The translations under genes and the position numbers were made by a program. From positions 1-61,634 of the forward strand of contig CAIXHD010000293.1 in assembly GCA_903919065.1 (NCBI GenBank): a stretch of 61,634 nt of DNA, written 5' to 3'. The stretch's first letter is position 1; every line of letters starts with the position of its first letter. Source of the stretch: an uncultured Bacteroidota bacterium. Lineage in GTDB: Bacteria; Bacteroidota; Bacteroidia; Bacteroidales; UBA12481. The notes under the pieces are model-generated. The model worked only from the letters and a program-made list of their open reading frames with translations. It searched no databases and had not been told where the DNA came from. Shown piece by piece: positions 7,840 to 17,063 of this stretch.

Positions 7840-10084
7840 TCGGTATATTAAAAATGAATTTACTGCCCTCTCCTTTTTCGCTTTCGACCCATATTGTTCC
7901 ACCGTGAATATCAATAAATTCCTTGCAAAGGATTAATCCCAAGCCTGTGCCATGTTCATTTGCAGTTCCAATTGTGGAGTAACTTTTTTCTATCCGGAAT
8001 AAATTCTCTAAATTCTTTTTATCGATCCCAACACCGTCGTCAGAAATAATTATCCGCAATTCCTCAGGGAATTTCTGTAAAGAAATTTCAATCCTGCCAC
8101 CAGGATTCGTGAATTTTATGGAATTTGATATAAGATTTCGAAGGACTGCAGCAATCATGTCTCTATCTGCTAAAATATTTAGTGAAGGGCAGTCCTTTTT
8201 GGTTATTGTAAGAGATTTTTGATGAGCAGAATCGCTCAGAAAACAGACCACCTCATCAATCAAATCAGCAATCTCGAAATTTGAAGGTGAATAATTAATC
8301 GCACCGGTTTGCGTACGCGACCACTCCAAAAGATTCTGTAATAGATTCAATGCCCGATTGGAGGAATCGCTTATAATTTTTGCGTATTCCTTGATACCTT
8401 CACAATTCTCATTTTGAACCTCCTCTGTCAGGAGCTCGCAAAATCCAAGAATACTGGCGAAAGGACTTCTCAGGTCATGTGCGATGATTGAAAAAAACTT
8501 ATCCTTTGTGGCGTTAAGTTGCCTGAGTCGTAATTCACTTTCCTTTAATGCCCTATCCGCATCTCTTCTAGCAGTCAAATCATTGACAACTGTATATCTC
8601 AACTTTCGATCTTGAACATATACGTCCTCTGCAGAAATAATAGTATTCCTAATACTGCCATCCTTCGCCTGCAAATCAGCCTCGTATTCTAAAATTTTAC
8701 CCGATTCACTCATACTTTTTAATAAGGACTTCCTGCCCTCATGGGTTAGAATTCCCAACTCCCTGGCTGTTTTGCCAATGACCTCTTCTCTCTCATATCC
8801 AAAAAGTAAGCAAAAGGCATCATTTACCTCAATATAAACGCCACTTTCCAAATCAGTCAAACCACAAGCCGAAGGATTTATATAAAATGCCTTGGAAAAT
8901 TTCTCCTCTGAAAATTTGATTTTTGAAATGTCTTTTGTTACTCCAAAAATCACGCGTTGTTCGTCCCAGATGCCGTAATTTATTCTGGTTTCAACGGGTA
9001 TCAATTTACCTGACCTGGTCATAATGGGCACTGGGCAAAATTCCTGGGTGCCGGCTAACATGGCTTCAACTATATGCGTTACTTCTTCGCGCCTTTCAGG
9101 CGGGTGAATCATCAGCACTGATTGTCCAATTAATTCTTCCCTTTGATATTCAAGTCTGTTTACTACTGTATCATTGACATAAATCATGGCAGCATTCTGA
9201 TCAATAACAAAAAGAAAGTCATCAATTGTATTAAAAAAAACCTCGTAATTCTGCCTGACCTTCTTTAACGATTCTTCCAACTTTTTACGCTTTGTTACAT
9301 CATGAATTATGGAATAAACCAAAGTCTTCTTGTCTTTTTGTAAAGGACTCTGATGAACCTCCACTTCCCTGATTTCTCCACTCGCAAGGCAATGACGGGA
9401 CTCGAAACTCGATTTTTCAAGGGATTTACCATTGGACATCCACAGCTGATTTTCTTCACCCTGAAATACCTGGATCGTATTAAAATTCAATGTCCTCAAC
9501 TCTTCCGGAGTGTACCCATAATAGTTTGATGCAGCCAGGTTGAAATCGACAATCTTCCCGTCGTCAGGATCGGTGAGTAATTTTATTGCCTGATTTGTAT
9601 CAAATATGGAGTGATAAAGGTCAGCAGACCCATTTAGTTGTTCTTCCTTATGCTTTTGATCCGTGATATCTATCACCAGTGTGATTGCTCCAACAATTTC
9701 ATCCTCCAGATAGTATGGGGTATAAGTGATTTTAAAAAACTGTTTGTTACCGTCCTTCCTGAGAAGGTGGTTTTCAAAAGTACTTGTTTGTCCATTTAGG
9801 GCTTTATAAAGGTGTGGGCTGGCAGCATCGAATGCCTCCTTACCTAATATTTGGAATACCTTTTGGCCAATAATATTCTCTCTTTTGATGTTGAATGTCT
9901 TCTCATATTCCTGGTTCACGAAGGTATATTCCAAATTAGAATCGATCAAGGAAATCATGGCCGGGACAAAATCAAGGATATGATTATTATGCAGGGTGGG
10001 ACTTTCCAATGGTATTATCGATTTCATTTTATTCATTATAAAATAAACTACAATTATCAGTAATACTGATAATTGGCTTGACAT
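7826..10084 (-). CDS. multi-PAS sensor histidine kinase (soluble or weakly anchored)
   Basis: About four PAS-like blocks, then the H-box FFSIIAHDLRSPF, the N-box LRNLISNSIKFT, and G-boxes DDGVGI and GTGLGL. The start is uncertain: ATG at 10084, or an internal MNKMK. Confidence 0.85.
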   Translation of the reverse strand: MSSQLSVLLIIVVYFIMNKMKSIIPLESPTLHNNHILDFVPAMISLIDSNLEYTFVNQEYEKTFNIKRENIIGQKVFQILGKEAFDAASPHLYKALNGQTSTFENHLLRKDGNKQFFKITYTPYYLEDEIVGAITLVIDITDQKHKEEQLNGSADLYHSIFDTNQAIKLLTDPDDGKIVDFNLAASNYYGYTPEELRTLNFNTIQVFQGEENQLWMSNGKSLEKSSFESRHCLASGEIREVEVHQSPLQKDKKTLVYSIIHDVTKRKKLEESLKKVRQNYEVFFNTIDDFLFVIDQNAAMIYVNDTVVNRLEYQREELIGQSVLMIHPPERREEVTHIVEAMLAGTQEFCPVPIMTRSGKLIPVETRINYGIWDEQRVIFGVTKDISKIKFSEEKFSKAFYINPSACGLTDLESGVYIEVNDAFCLLFGYEREEVIGKTARELGILTHEGRKSLLKSMSESGKILEYEADLQAKDGSIRNTIISAEDVYVQDRKLRYTVVNDLTARRDADRALKESELRLRQLNATKDKFFSIIAHDLRSPFASILGFCELLTEEVQNENCEGIKEYAKIISDSSNRALNLLQNLLEWSRTQTGAINYSPSNFEIADLIDEVVCFLSDSAHQKSLTITKKDCPSLNILADRDMIAAVLRNLISNSIKFTNPGGRIEISLQKFPEELRIIISDDGVGIDKKNLENLFRIEKSYSTIGTANEHGTGLGLILCKEFIDIHGGTIWVESEKGEGSKFIFNIPISIT

Positions 10085-10201
10085 CTACTGGTTTTGGAAC
10101 TGCGTAATTCCTAAACGAAGTTATTGATAATTAATTAACAATAGTATTTATCTGAGGGAAATTCAATACCTCTGCTCCAAACATATTCAAACCGGAAAAC
10201 C

Positions 10202-10256
10202 AAAAAGCAGAGAGCGGGCAACCAGAACATTTCTGTTCCATTGCCCGCTCTGCTTT
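10202..10256 (-). terminator. rho-independent terminator downstream of the 10297..10686 gene
   Basis: Inverted repeat GCAGAGAGCGGGCAA (10207-10221) / TTGCCCGCTCTGC (10241-10253) with a 19-nt loop. On the minus strand the stem is followed by CTTTTTGGTTTTCC. Confidence 0.7.
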
Positions 10257-10296
10257 ATTGGAGCTGGTCGCTGATCAAAGTCAGCAAATCTCCAGA

Positions 10297-10686
10297 TCAC
10301 TTTCCTCTGCGACCTTGATTTCCAGTATTCGAACCGCCCTTTTTAACACCAGTGGAGACCGGTATTCCCCATGAAACCAAAAGTGCCTTAACTTCTGCGA
10401 TGTGCTCGGTGCGCAGGGATGCCATTTCCTGGCGAATAACCAGTTTCTCAGCAAGAGTTGGTGCAGCGATCAGTTCGGCCTGCAGGATGACCATGTCAGC
10501 CTGGAATACCACACAAAGATCTTCCAGTATAACCTTCTGGTCATCGGTCAGAAGACTGGCATTTACGCAACTTGCTGAACAGGTACCACAGGTTCCGGTT
10601 CCATTAACATTCTGAGCCTGCAGGCCCAGGGTTCCGACTGCGATCATAACAACAGCCAGTGCGATTCTCAAACTAATTTTTTTCAT
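10297..10686 (-). CDS. small secreted helical protein, Spy/CpxP-like (LTxxQ motif)
   Basis: The internal ATG at 10686 gives the signal peptide MKKISLRIALAVVMIAVGTLGLQAQ. Also an LTDDQ motif, a helical heptad-like body and a Gly/Arg-rich tail. Confidence 0.4.
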   Translation of the reverse strand: MKKISLRIALAVVMIAVGTLGLQAQNVNGTGTCGTCSASCVNASLLTDDQKVILEDLCVVFQADMVILQAELIAAPTLAEKLVIRQEMASLRTEHIAEVKALLVSWGIPVSTGVKKGGSNTGNQGRRGK

Positions 10687-10847
10687 TTTGTGTTGATTAA
10701 ATGTTATTAATGTTGATTTCGATACATAGGTAATACCTGAAGATGAAGTGAGAATGAAGGATTTGAAATTCAAATAATATTCCGTTCAGTTTAAATAAGC
10801 TTTCCTATAGCTGGTGGATTAGATTTTTCAACACCTCAAACGCCCTA

Positions 10848-10855
10848 TAATTTTG
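10848..10855 (+). promoter_or_regulatory. Bacteroidota -7 promoter motif (TAnnTTTG)
   Basis: TAATTTTG sits 37 nt upstream of the ATG at 10892. Confidence 0.3.
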
Positions 10856-10891
10856 CTGGTGAATCATAACATTCAACTAAAACCAAGCAAA

Positions 10892-12262
10892 ATGAAAAAA
10901 TCAATTCTTATCCTGATCGCCGCCCTGATTGGCAGCGCTGCATCCTTCGGATTAAATTGTCCGATTACCGCTATAGGTATTACCGGCATCTGGCTCGGCA
11001 AAATAAAACCAACAGAACAGCTCGAACTCCGCGTTGCGTTTGAAATTAAGAAAGACGAATCCGGCAAACTCTCAGCCTTCATGAGCATAATCGAGCAGAA
11101 AGTGTTCAATATCCCAATGGATCAGGTTGCCTTAACCGGCGATTCGATCCTTATCCAGTTTAAGACCGGTAATATTGAATACAGGGGTTTCGTTAATGAG
11201 GCGAAACAGATTATCGACGGTCAGTACACTCAATCCGGCAAAAGCTTCCCGCTTATTCTTTCTCCTGTAAGTGAATTACCTAAAACTGTGGTGCGGCCAC
11301 AAACTCCGCAGCGTCCGTTTCCTTACCTGGAGGAAGATGTGGTTTTTGAAAACAAGAGTGCCGGAGTCAATTTAGCAGGAACACTGACCATGCCGGAATC
11401 GGATCAACCAAAACCTGCCGTTATCCTTATTGCCGGATCAGGGAAAAATGATCGGAATGGATCCAAAATGGGACACTTCCTCTTGCTGTCCGATTACCTG
11501 ACCCGTAACGGCTATATTGTTCTTCGTTCTGATAAGCGTGGGGTTGGCAAATCATCAGGTGACTATGCTGCTGCAACCACAGAAGACTTTGCATCAGATA
11601 TCCATGCGGCAATTGATTTCCTGAAAACCAGACCAGAAGTAGATAAAAAGAACATAGGCTTAATAGGTCACAGTGAAGGGGCAGTCATTGCCCCAATGGT
11701 GGCCTCATCACGCCAGGATGTTTCCTTTATCATTCTGATGGGTGGTGCAGGACTAAGCGGTGATGAACTTTTGCTCCTTCAAACCCGAAAACTAACTGAG
11801 GCCTCAGGAGCTTCACCAGATGCCATTGAGGAGCAGGTAATACAGTTCAGAAGCTACTATTCAATCATTCAGGAAAAAATTGATGACCCAACAAAAATCA
11901 GCCGGATCCGTGCAGCTAATCCTGAGGTTTCCGAGGCAACGATAAAAATGCTTTTGAAACCCTGGATTGCTTATTTCACGGCCTGCGATCCAACGCTTTA
12001 TCTCAAAAAAGTCAAATGCCCTGTTCTGGCAATCACCGGAAGCAAGGATTTGCAATGTTCACCAGAAGAGAATCTCAAAGGTATTGGAGCGGCCTTAAAG
12101 GTTGCTCACAATAAACATTACACCATGAAAACCATGCCTGGTCTAAATCACATGTTTCAAACAGCCCAAAGCGGTTCACCGCTTGAATACGAAAAGATCG
12201 AAGAAATTATAGCACCGGATGCATTGCAATTAATTATTGATTGGATAGGAAAGCAAATCTGA
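10892..12262 (+). CDS. secreted alpha/beta hydrolase (serine hydrolase, S9/S33-like)
   Basis: ATG at 10892 gives the signal peptide MKKSILILIAALIGSAASF. N-terminal beta domain, nucleophile elbow GHSEGA, and a C-terminal His region (PGLNHMF). Confidence 0.75.
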   Translation: MKKSILILIAALIGSAASFGLNCPITAIGITGIWLGKIKPTEQLELRVAFEIKKDESGKLSAFMSIIEQKVFNIPMDQVALTGDSILIQFKTGNIEYRGFVNEAKQIIDGQYTQSGKSFPLILSPVSELPKTVVRPQTPQRPFPYLEEDVVFENKSAGVNLAGTLTMPESDQPKPAVILIAGSGKNDRNGSKMGHFLLLSDYLTRNGYIVLRSDKRGVGKSSGDYAAATTEDFASDIHAAIDFLKTRPEVDKKNIGLIGHSEGAVIAPMVASSRQDVSFIILMGGAGLSGDELLLLQTRKLTEASGASPDAIEEQVIQFRSYYSIIQEKIDDPTKISRIRAANPEVSEATIKMLLKPWIAYFTACDPTLYLKKVKCPVLAITGSKDLQCSPEENLKGIGAALKVAHNKHYTMKTMPGLNHMFQTAQSGSPLEYEKIEEIIAPDALQLIIDWIGKQI

Positions 12263-12280
12263 TGAAACTTTAACATTTGA

Positions 12281-12868
12281 GGCCATGAAAAACTGGCTGC
12301 CGATTTACTGATATCATTTAAAATCAACAAATGGTTCTTTGCAGCATGGTTACTTATGCCACTGATCAGCTTTTTAGCTCTTGGGATAAGCTTGCTATTC
12401 CCCGACGTAACTTATAATCCGGAGATGTCGGGAATGATAAAAAGATTTGAACCTATGATGACCCCGGAACAACTGGAGCAAATGAGTTTTTTTCGAGCAA
12501 CAATAATTATCGGTCTTATCTGGGGTATCTGGCATGCTCCCCTTATACTAATGGGACATAATTATCCTCAACATCCTCAAATTGGGGTTTTCATGATGAT
12601 TATTCTTAGCATCATATTAAGCTCACTATTTCTCTACATAACAATTAAATCCAAGTCGGTCATAGCAGCATCGATTATGCATGGAACAATGAATGCAACA
12701 GCCGGTATTTCAATCATGCTGATTGACGGGGGAAATGACCTGACCACCGGAATGGCCGGGTTAGCCGGGTTTATCGCATTACTAATTATTCTGGCGGTGC
12801 TTTTCCTTTATGATTATTTTATCAGTAAGGACAAAATTTTAATAAACAAAATTTGCAACTACCTGTAA
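12281..12868 (+). pseudogene. CPBP (CAAX protease/Abi) family intramembrane protease remnant, N-terminally truncated
   Basis: ORF 12356..12868 keeps CPBP motifs 2 and 3 (LIWGIWHAPL, IMHGTMNA) but has no EExxxR motif 1. The frame is open upstream only to a TGA at 12278-12280 (..GHEKLAADLLISFKINKWFFAAWLL-MPLISF..), about 15 nt after the hydrolase stop. The N-terminal part of a normal family member is therefore missing. Confidence 0.5.
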
Positions 12869-12982
12869 CCTTTAAGTCACCAGATTTTCAGTTTAGCTTG
12901 CCTTTCGAATCCAGATGACCCCTCCGTCAACCAGACGAACACGTCCAGTGCAGGCCAGCTTCCGCCCATTCATTGGGGATTT

Positions 12983-13014
12983 GGAGAGCTTCGGGCGTCA
13001 GAGCCCGGAGCTCC
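12983..13014 (+). terminator. GC-rich hairpin, possible terminator between convergent genes
   Basis: GGAG-AG-CTTCGGGC [GTCAGA] GCCCGGAG-CTCC gives 12 bp with one 2-nt bulge and one G-U pair, followed by TTCCCGTTTGTT. It lies about 115 nt after the CPBP-remnant stop. Confidence 0.3.
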
Positions 13015-13053
13015 TTCCCGTTTGTTCCACTTCAGCATTTCAGTCGGTGGAAA

Positions 13054-14067
13054 TCAATATTCAATTATCCTGTATTTCCTCAAAATTGGTTCTACTGCGA
13101 ACTTTAGCCTGGATGGCTGATCGAGGTAAACGGTTGTTTTATTAAAACTGGATTTGCCCGCGATGACTCCAATGCCGTTTTCAACATTATCATAGGGGTT
13201 AAAATTGAAGTCATTGATACCATTCTTAAATTCCATATAGGTATAAAAAGTCTGGTTTCCGGTTAGTAAAGCTATGCGGAATGGTCCGAAATAACGCCGG
13301 ATCAAATCGGACCGGACTTTAAGATTCTGATCAAGTATTTGAACAATAAGCTCATATGGGATTCTGATCTCGCAGTATTTTCCATTATAATGAATCTCGC
13401 TGGTTTTCTGGATAGAGAAAGTCCGGGTTTCGGTTTTATCAGCGAACTCTTCATTCATCTCAAAACTTATATCAAGTTCATTCCACACATCTCCCGACCA
13501 TTGCACCAGCAAAGGATTATCGGGATAAATATAAACGTAATACTGTGCCCGTTTGGGCGACCATATTCTGGGTGGCTCCACCAGTGATGTTTCACATGTG
13601 GCCAGTGGTAATCCCGGTACTTTTACAGCAACCAGTATTTTACTGTATAAAAGCGATTGAAATTCAATAATGTACGGGAGCCATGGATTGAGGAAATCCT
13701 GAAGCAGATCTTTTTCAAAGCGGTAAACCGTATAGCTTTCTGAATTAAATGTCCCCGCATCCTTGGCTGAAACCACCCAGGGTGTCACCGGCACACTGAT
13801 CATTTTACCTGTCCATATTTCCTTAAGGGACACCGACACATCAACTGAATCGAAATAGATGGAATCCTTTATCCGACCGGTGTCATTGGGAGGTTTCAGC
13901 CCCGAGAAAACACGGCCAACCCTGATATAATGCACGGTATCATTGGAATCGATTATGCCAAATATTGCCGGTTGAGTAGCAAATCCATCCGTCTGGATAA
14001 TCGGATTTTCTTCGCAGGCGGAAAAGAAAAGTCCCCCAAGAATAAAAATGCCGAGAATTTTTTTCAT
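13054..14067 (-). CDS. lipoprotein, DUF4249-like (hypothetical)
   Basis: Lipobox LFFSAC. 337 aa and beta-rich. The C-terminal NVENGIGVIAGKSSF resembles the DUF4249 GxGxF(G/A) motif. There is no adjacent TonB-dependent receptor. Confidence 0.35.
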   Translation of the reverse strand: MKKILGIFILGGLFFSACEENPIIQTDGFATQPAIFGIIDSNDTVHYIRVGRVFSGLKPPNDTGRIKDSIYFDSVDVSVSLKEIWTGKMISVPVTPWVVSAKDAGTFNSESYTVYRFEKDLLQDFLNPWLPYIIEFQSLLYSKILVAVKVPGLPLATCETSLVEPPRIWSPKRAQYYVYIYPDNPLLVQWSGDVWNELDISFEMNEEFADKTETRTFSIQKTSEIHYNGKYCEIRIPYELIVQILDQNLKVRSDLIRRYFGPFRIALLTGNQTFYTYMEFKNGINDFNFNPYDNVENGIGVIAGKSSFNKTTVYLDQPSRLKFAVEPILRKYRIIEY

Positions 14068-14174
14068 AACCAGGATATTACAATTGCGGGGGACAATTGA
14101 CCAGAAAGGTACGAAATAAAAATCGATAGAGAATTAGCTAAGCATGTTGGATTTGGAGGATGTAAGTGGAATAT

Positions 14175-15296
14175 TCAGAACGCCATTCTGCCCCACCCCC
14201 GGTCCTTCGGATTCCTGACCGGCAAATTCAGAATCTCGCGCCCGGTCTCCACATAATAGCGATAGTTTTCAATCGGTGTTCCATTCGGGATCCGGTGATC
14301 CAGTCCGAATACGCAACCGCCCTCACGCATCAGCGGCTGCATTTTATATTCCAGCTCATCACGGATCGCCTTCATATCCTGCCGCAAAACGTGCTTATCT
14401 ATTCCACCACGCATCACGATTTGCTTACCAAACTTTTTCCTCACCTCCACGATATCCATTCCACCGGCTGGTTCAAACGGATGCATCGAATTCAGCCCGC
14501 AGTCGACCAGTGACTGTAAAATCGGATTGATATTCCCGTCGGAATCCATATCAAACAGCCGGGTGCCCTTGGATGCCAGCATATCCCATATCATTCGAAA
14601 ATAAGGCTTCACCCAGAGGTCAACCTCATTCGGCCCGATAAGCGGACCCGTTTTTCCGGCCAGATCCTCATGTACCGAAAGCTGGTCAATAATCAGCTCA
14701 TCGCTTACCCTGTCCAGAACTTTGAACGAAGTGTCTGTCATAGTTTTCATGATATCGGCGATCAGCTCGGGCTGCATAAAGTAGCTCAGGCATCCGTTCT
14801 CCTCACCCATCAGCTGCCTGGGCATATCGAATCCGCCCGGTATATAAGCCACCACCAGATGCCCGGCTTTTTGCAGTTTCCGAGCCTGTTCCACCTGTTC
14901 CCAGTCAATCCGTTCATCGCGATATTCAAACAGCGGCTTCACTTTCAGCCATGAATCCATATCGGTTACCGGATAATCCATCGGCAGGGGTATGGTAGAA
15001 TAGCCCTTCAGCAATTTAGTCCGGCGACCGAGGTCATCCAGTTTAATGATATGCTGATCATTTTCTTCCAGAATTCGTTCAGCAGAACCCCCGAAAACGC
15101 CTGTCTGGCCGCCGCATTGAACCACCGGAACATAATCCCAGTCGAAGGCGGTCATGTTGATTTCCTCTTCCGATGCACCCTGTGCCCTCCACTCCTTATC
15201 CAGACCGATCAATGGCCCGAACAGCTCTGAAAACATAGGCCTTTCAAAGGACCCGAATGTCATCAGGTCCAGATACTCCTCTCTGCGAAACTTCAT
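14175..15296 (-). CDS. uroporphyrinogen decarboxylase (URO-D) family protein, MtaA/CmuA-like; not a typical HemE
   Basis: 373 aa with no signal peptide. TIM-barrel-type pattern with FDMDSDGN, MHPFEPAGGMD and the C-terminal FGLDHRIPNGTPIENY typical of URO-D-family paralogs. Confidence 0.55.
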   Translation of the reverse strand: MKFRREEYLDLMTFGSFERPMFSELFGPLIGLDKEWRAQGASEEEINMTAFDWDYVPVVQCGGQTGVFGGSAERILEENDQHIIKLDDLGRRTKLLKGYSTIPLPMDYPVTDMDSWLKVKPLFEYRDERIDWEQVEQARKLQKAGHLVVAYIPGGFDMPRQLMGEENGCLSYFMQPELIADIMKTMTDTSFKVLDRVSDELIIDQLSVHEDLAGKTGPLIGPNEVDLWVKPYFRMIWDMLASKGTRLFDMDSDGNINPILQSLVDCGLNSMHPFEPAGGMDIVEVRKKFGKQIVMRGGIDKHVLRQDMKAIRDELEYKMQPLMREGGCVFGLDHRIPNGTPIENYRYYVETGREILNLPVRNPKDRGWGRMAF

Positions 15297-15313
15297 TCAG
15301 TATTTTGTGATTG

Positions 15314-16090
15314 TTAATAATCCGAGTAATCCGTCGGATACAGAAAGCTTACATCAATATGAGAAACGGTATTCAGGTACTTTGGAATGGCTTTTAACTC
15401 TTTCCACTCCGGAGAATTGGAAAATGAGTCCCAATGGGCTTTCCGGCTAGCTTCATCGGCGAAGCTGATCATGTACATAAGGTTCGGCATCTTTGGTCCT
15501 GAGATGACGCGGGCGTAAAAAACAGCATTGAATTTAAGTCGTTCAAAGAGTTTGATCTCACCCCCGGCATTGAACATATCGACTTTGCTGTTGTGGTAAG
15601 CTTCCGTTGCGGACTCATAACTTCTTAATTCATAAACTCTGTTTGCCCTGTCACCCTCTAAAGCAGGTGCTTTGATAAACGGCATATCCTTGAATGCCTC
15701 CAGCAATACCGATTCTGTCCGCAAATAAGGTGGATTATCAAAATTTGCATCCAGATAATCCTTTCCGGCAGTCAGGTGTTTTTGATCCTTTGCCAGCTCT
15801 TCCTGCAGGGTCTGGAATTGAGAAAAAGACGCAAACGGGATTAATAAAATAGTCCTTTTAAGGGTATCCGTCTCGGATAATCTGGGTTTGAATACGCCCA
15901 CATTTTTTATTCCAAGCCTTTTAATTGCAGGTAAGAAAGCATCCCGGAGATAATTGTCGGTTAGTACCTCTTGTTTGGCACTCTTAAAAGTGTATGTTTT
16001 CAGCTGATAGAATTCTTTTGCATTCGCATTAGTGCTGCTGATCAATACGATAATGCCTGCAAAAAGCAATAGGAATTTAAATGATTTCAT
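15314..16090 (-). CDS. secreted NIPSNAP family protein (two NIPSNAP-like halves)
   Basis: Signal peptide. YQLKTYTF and VYELRSYES strand motifs. FADEASRKAHWDSFSNSPEWKEL is typical of NIPSNAP. Confidence 0.6.
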   Translation of the reverse strand: MKSFKFLLLFAGIIVLISSTNANAKEFYQLKTYTFKSAKQEVLTDNYLRDAFLPAIKRLGIKNVGVFKPRLSETDTLKRTILLIPFASFSQFQTLQEELAKDQKHLTAGKDYLDANFDNPPYLRTESVLLEAFKDMPFIKAPALEGDRANRVYELRSYESATEAYHNSKVDMFNAGGEIKLFERLKFNAVFYARVISGPKMPNLMYMISFADEASRKAHWDSFSNSPEWKELKAIPKYLNTVSHIDVSFLYPTDYSDY

Positions 16091-16109
16091 AAGAAATGGA
16101 ATAATATTT

Positions 16110-16940
16110 TCAGGTGTTCTTCACGCAACGAACCGAGAAGCCTCCTCTTTTGTAACCGTAATTGGTACGAAACACTCCGCGGCAGTTATGATCGAGATAA
16201 CGGGCCCATGCGTATTCGGGCTCCTTACCCAGGGTGGCTGACCAAAAGCTTGCATAGCCACCGAGATCAAAGAATCCACCGTCGAAGCCACGATAACCAC
16301 CCGGAAGCGCTGTGAATCCATGGGTGTTTAAGCTGTCATCATCCACCCCCCAGGCAGAACCTGATTTTAGCTTTGATCCTGCAAAACCGGAGCTTCGGTC
16401 GCCCATATTCTTTCTTTCAGCATCAAGGTGTTTCATTCCTTCGAATTCTTCTAGAATGATCCACTCCTCATCATCCGGCAGGTGCCAGCCTTCAGGGCAG
16501 GATTCGATCGCTGCCGGCCAGTTGTAAAGCACCCCGTATTTAACATAGTTTGGATTTGCTTTGGCTGCTTCCACAATGGTTCCCTCATAACCGTAAACAT
16601 AGCGATGACTATCAGTGTCAGAACCAGTATCCTGAGTGCTGATATCCGGCAGCCAGGCCAGGTTCTCCGCCATCCAAACCTGTTTACCTATCCTGATGGT
16701 TTTATATTCATGCCCATCACGCGGGTCTGTAAACGAACCAAGCAGATTCTTGTCACGTTCTTTTCCGCAGACAGAACACTTGTCGTAGTCCCAGCGGTGA
16801 GAATCCTTTCTGGATCTCCCGCACCTGGAGCACTCCTCACAATCCTCTGACCAATCGTGCAATTTGTTCCGTTTGGCGTGGCATAATGTACATTCACATC
16901 CATCCCAGTTATGAATACCGATCTGACATTTTATTGACAT
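16110..16940 (-). CDS. FISUMP domain protein with an N-terminal triple Cys-rich (zinc-ribbon-like) repeat and no signal peptide
   Basis: The C-terminal 210 aa carry GKQVWMAENLAW, YGVLYNW, CPEGWHLPDDEEW, GFTALPGG and SVRCVKN (TIGR02145-type). The N-terminus is MSIKCQIGIHNWDGCECTLCHAKRNKLHDWSEDCEECSRCGRSRKDSHRWDYDKCSVCGKERDK. Confidence 0.8.
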   Translation of the reverse strand: MSIKCQIGIHNWDGCECTLCHAKRNKLHDWSEDCEECSRCGRSRKDSHRWDYDKCSVCGKERDKNLLGSFTDPRDGHEYKTIRIGKQVWMAENLAWLPDISTQDTGSDTDSHRYVYGYEGTIVEAAKANPNYVKYGVLYNWPAAIESCPEGWHLPDDEEWIILEEFEGMKHLDAERKNMGDRSSGFAGSKLKSGSAWGVDDDSLNTHGFTALPGGYRGFDGGFFDLGGYASFWSATLGKEPEYAWARYLDHNCRGVFRTNYGYKRGGFSVRCVKNT

Positions 16941-17063
16941 GGGCCCTCCTTGAAAAGGTAAGTCTGGTTCATTTTTCTGCTATGAAGATAAAGAAATAAT
17001 TCTTAACTTTTAGAAGGTAAATCTTGAGCCTTCATTTTGCTAAATAGAGAAAGGAGCGTGGTT

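Noticed and set aside
12904-12912. TTCGAATCC, which resembles a tRNA T-loop.
   Set aside because: The flanking bases cannot form a T-stem or an acceptor stem, and no cloverleaf can be drawn on either strand.
12990-13025. Faint resemblance of GTCAGAGCCCGGAGCTCCTTCCCG to the conserved SRP RNA (4.5S) domain IV.
   Set aside because: The invariant GGAAGCAGCC-type core and the paired symmetric loop are absent. The segment is better explained as a simple hairpin.
12915-13145. 76-aa plus-strand ORF spanning the GC-rich spacer and the end of the 13054..14067 gene.
   Set aside because: It overlaps the 3' end of a better-supported lipoprotein gene and its sequence is Arg/Pro/Ser-rich with no motif. 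It is treated as non-coding (see the GC-island finding).
16860-16890. CTLCH in the N-terminus of the 16110..16940 protein, as a c-type heme attachment site.
   Set aside because: The protein has no signal peptide for periplasmic heme maturation, and the motif is part of a thrice-repeated Cys-knuckle unit. It is probably a coincidental CxxCH.
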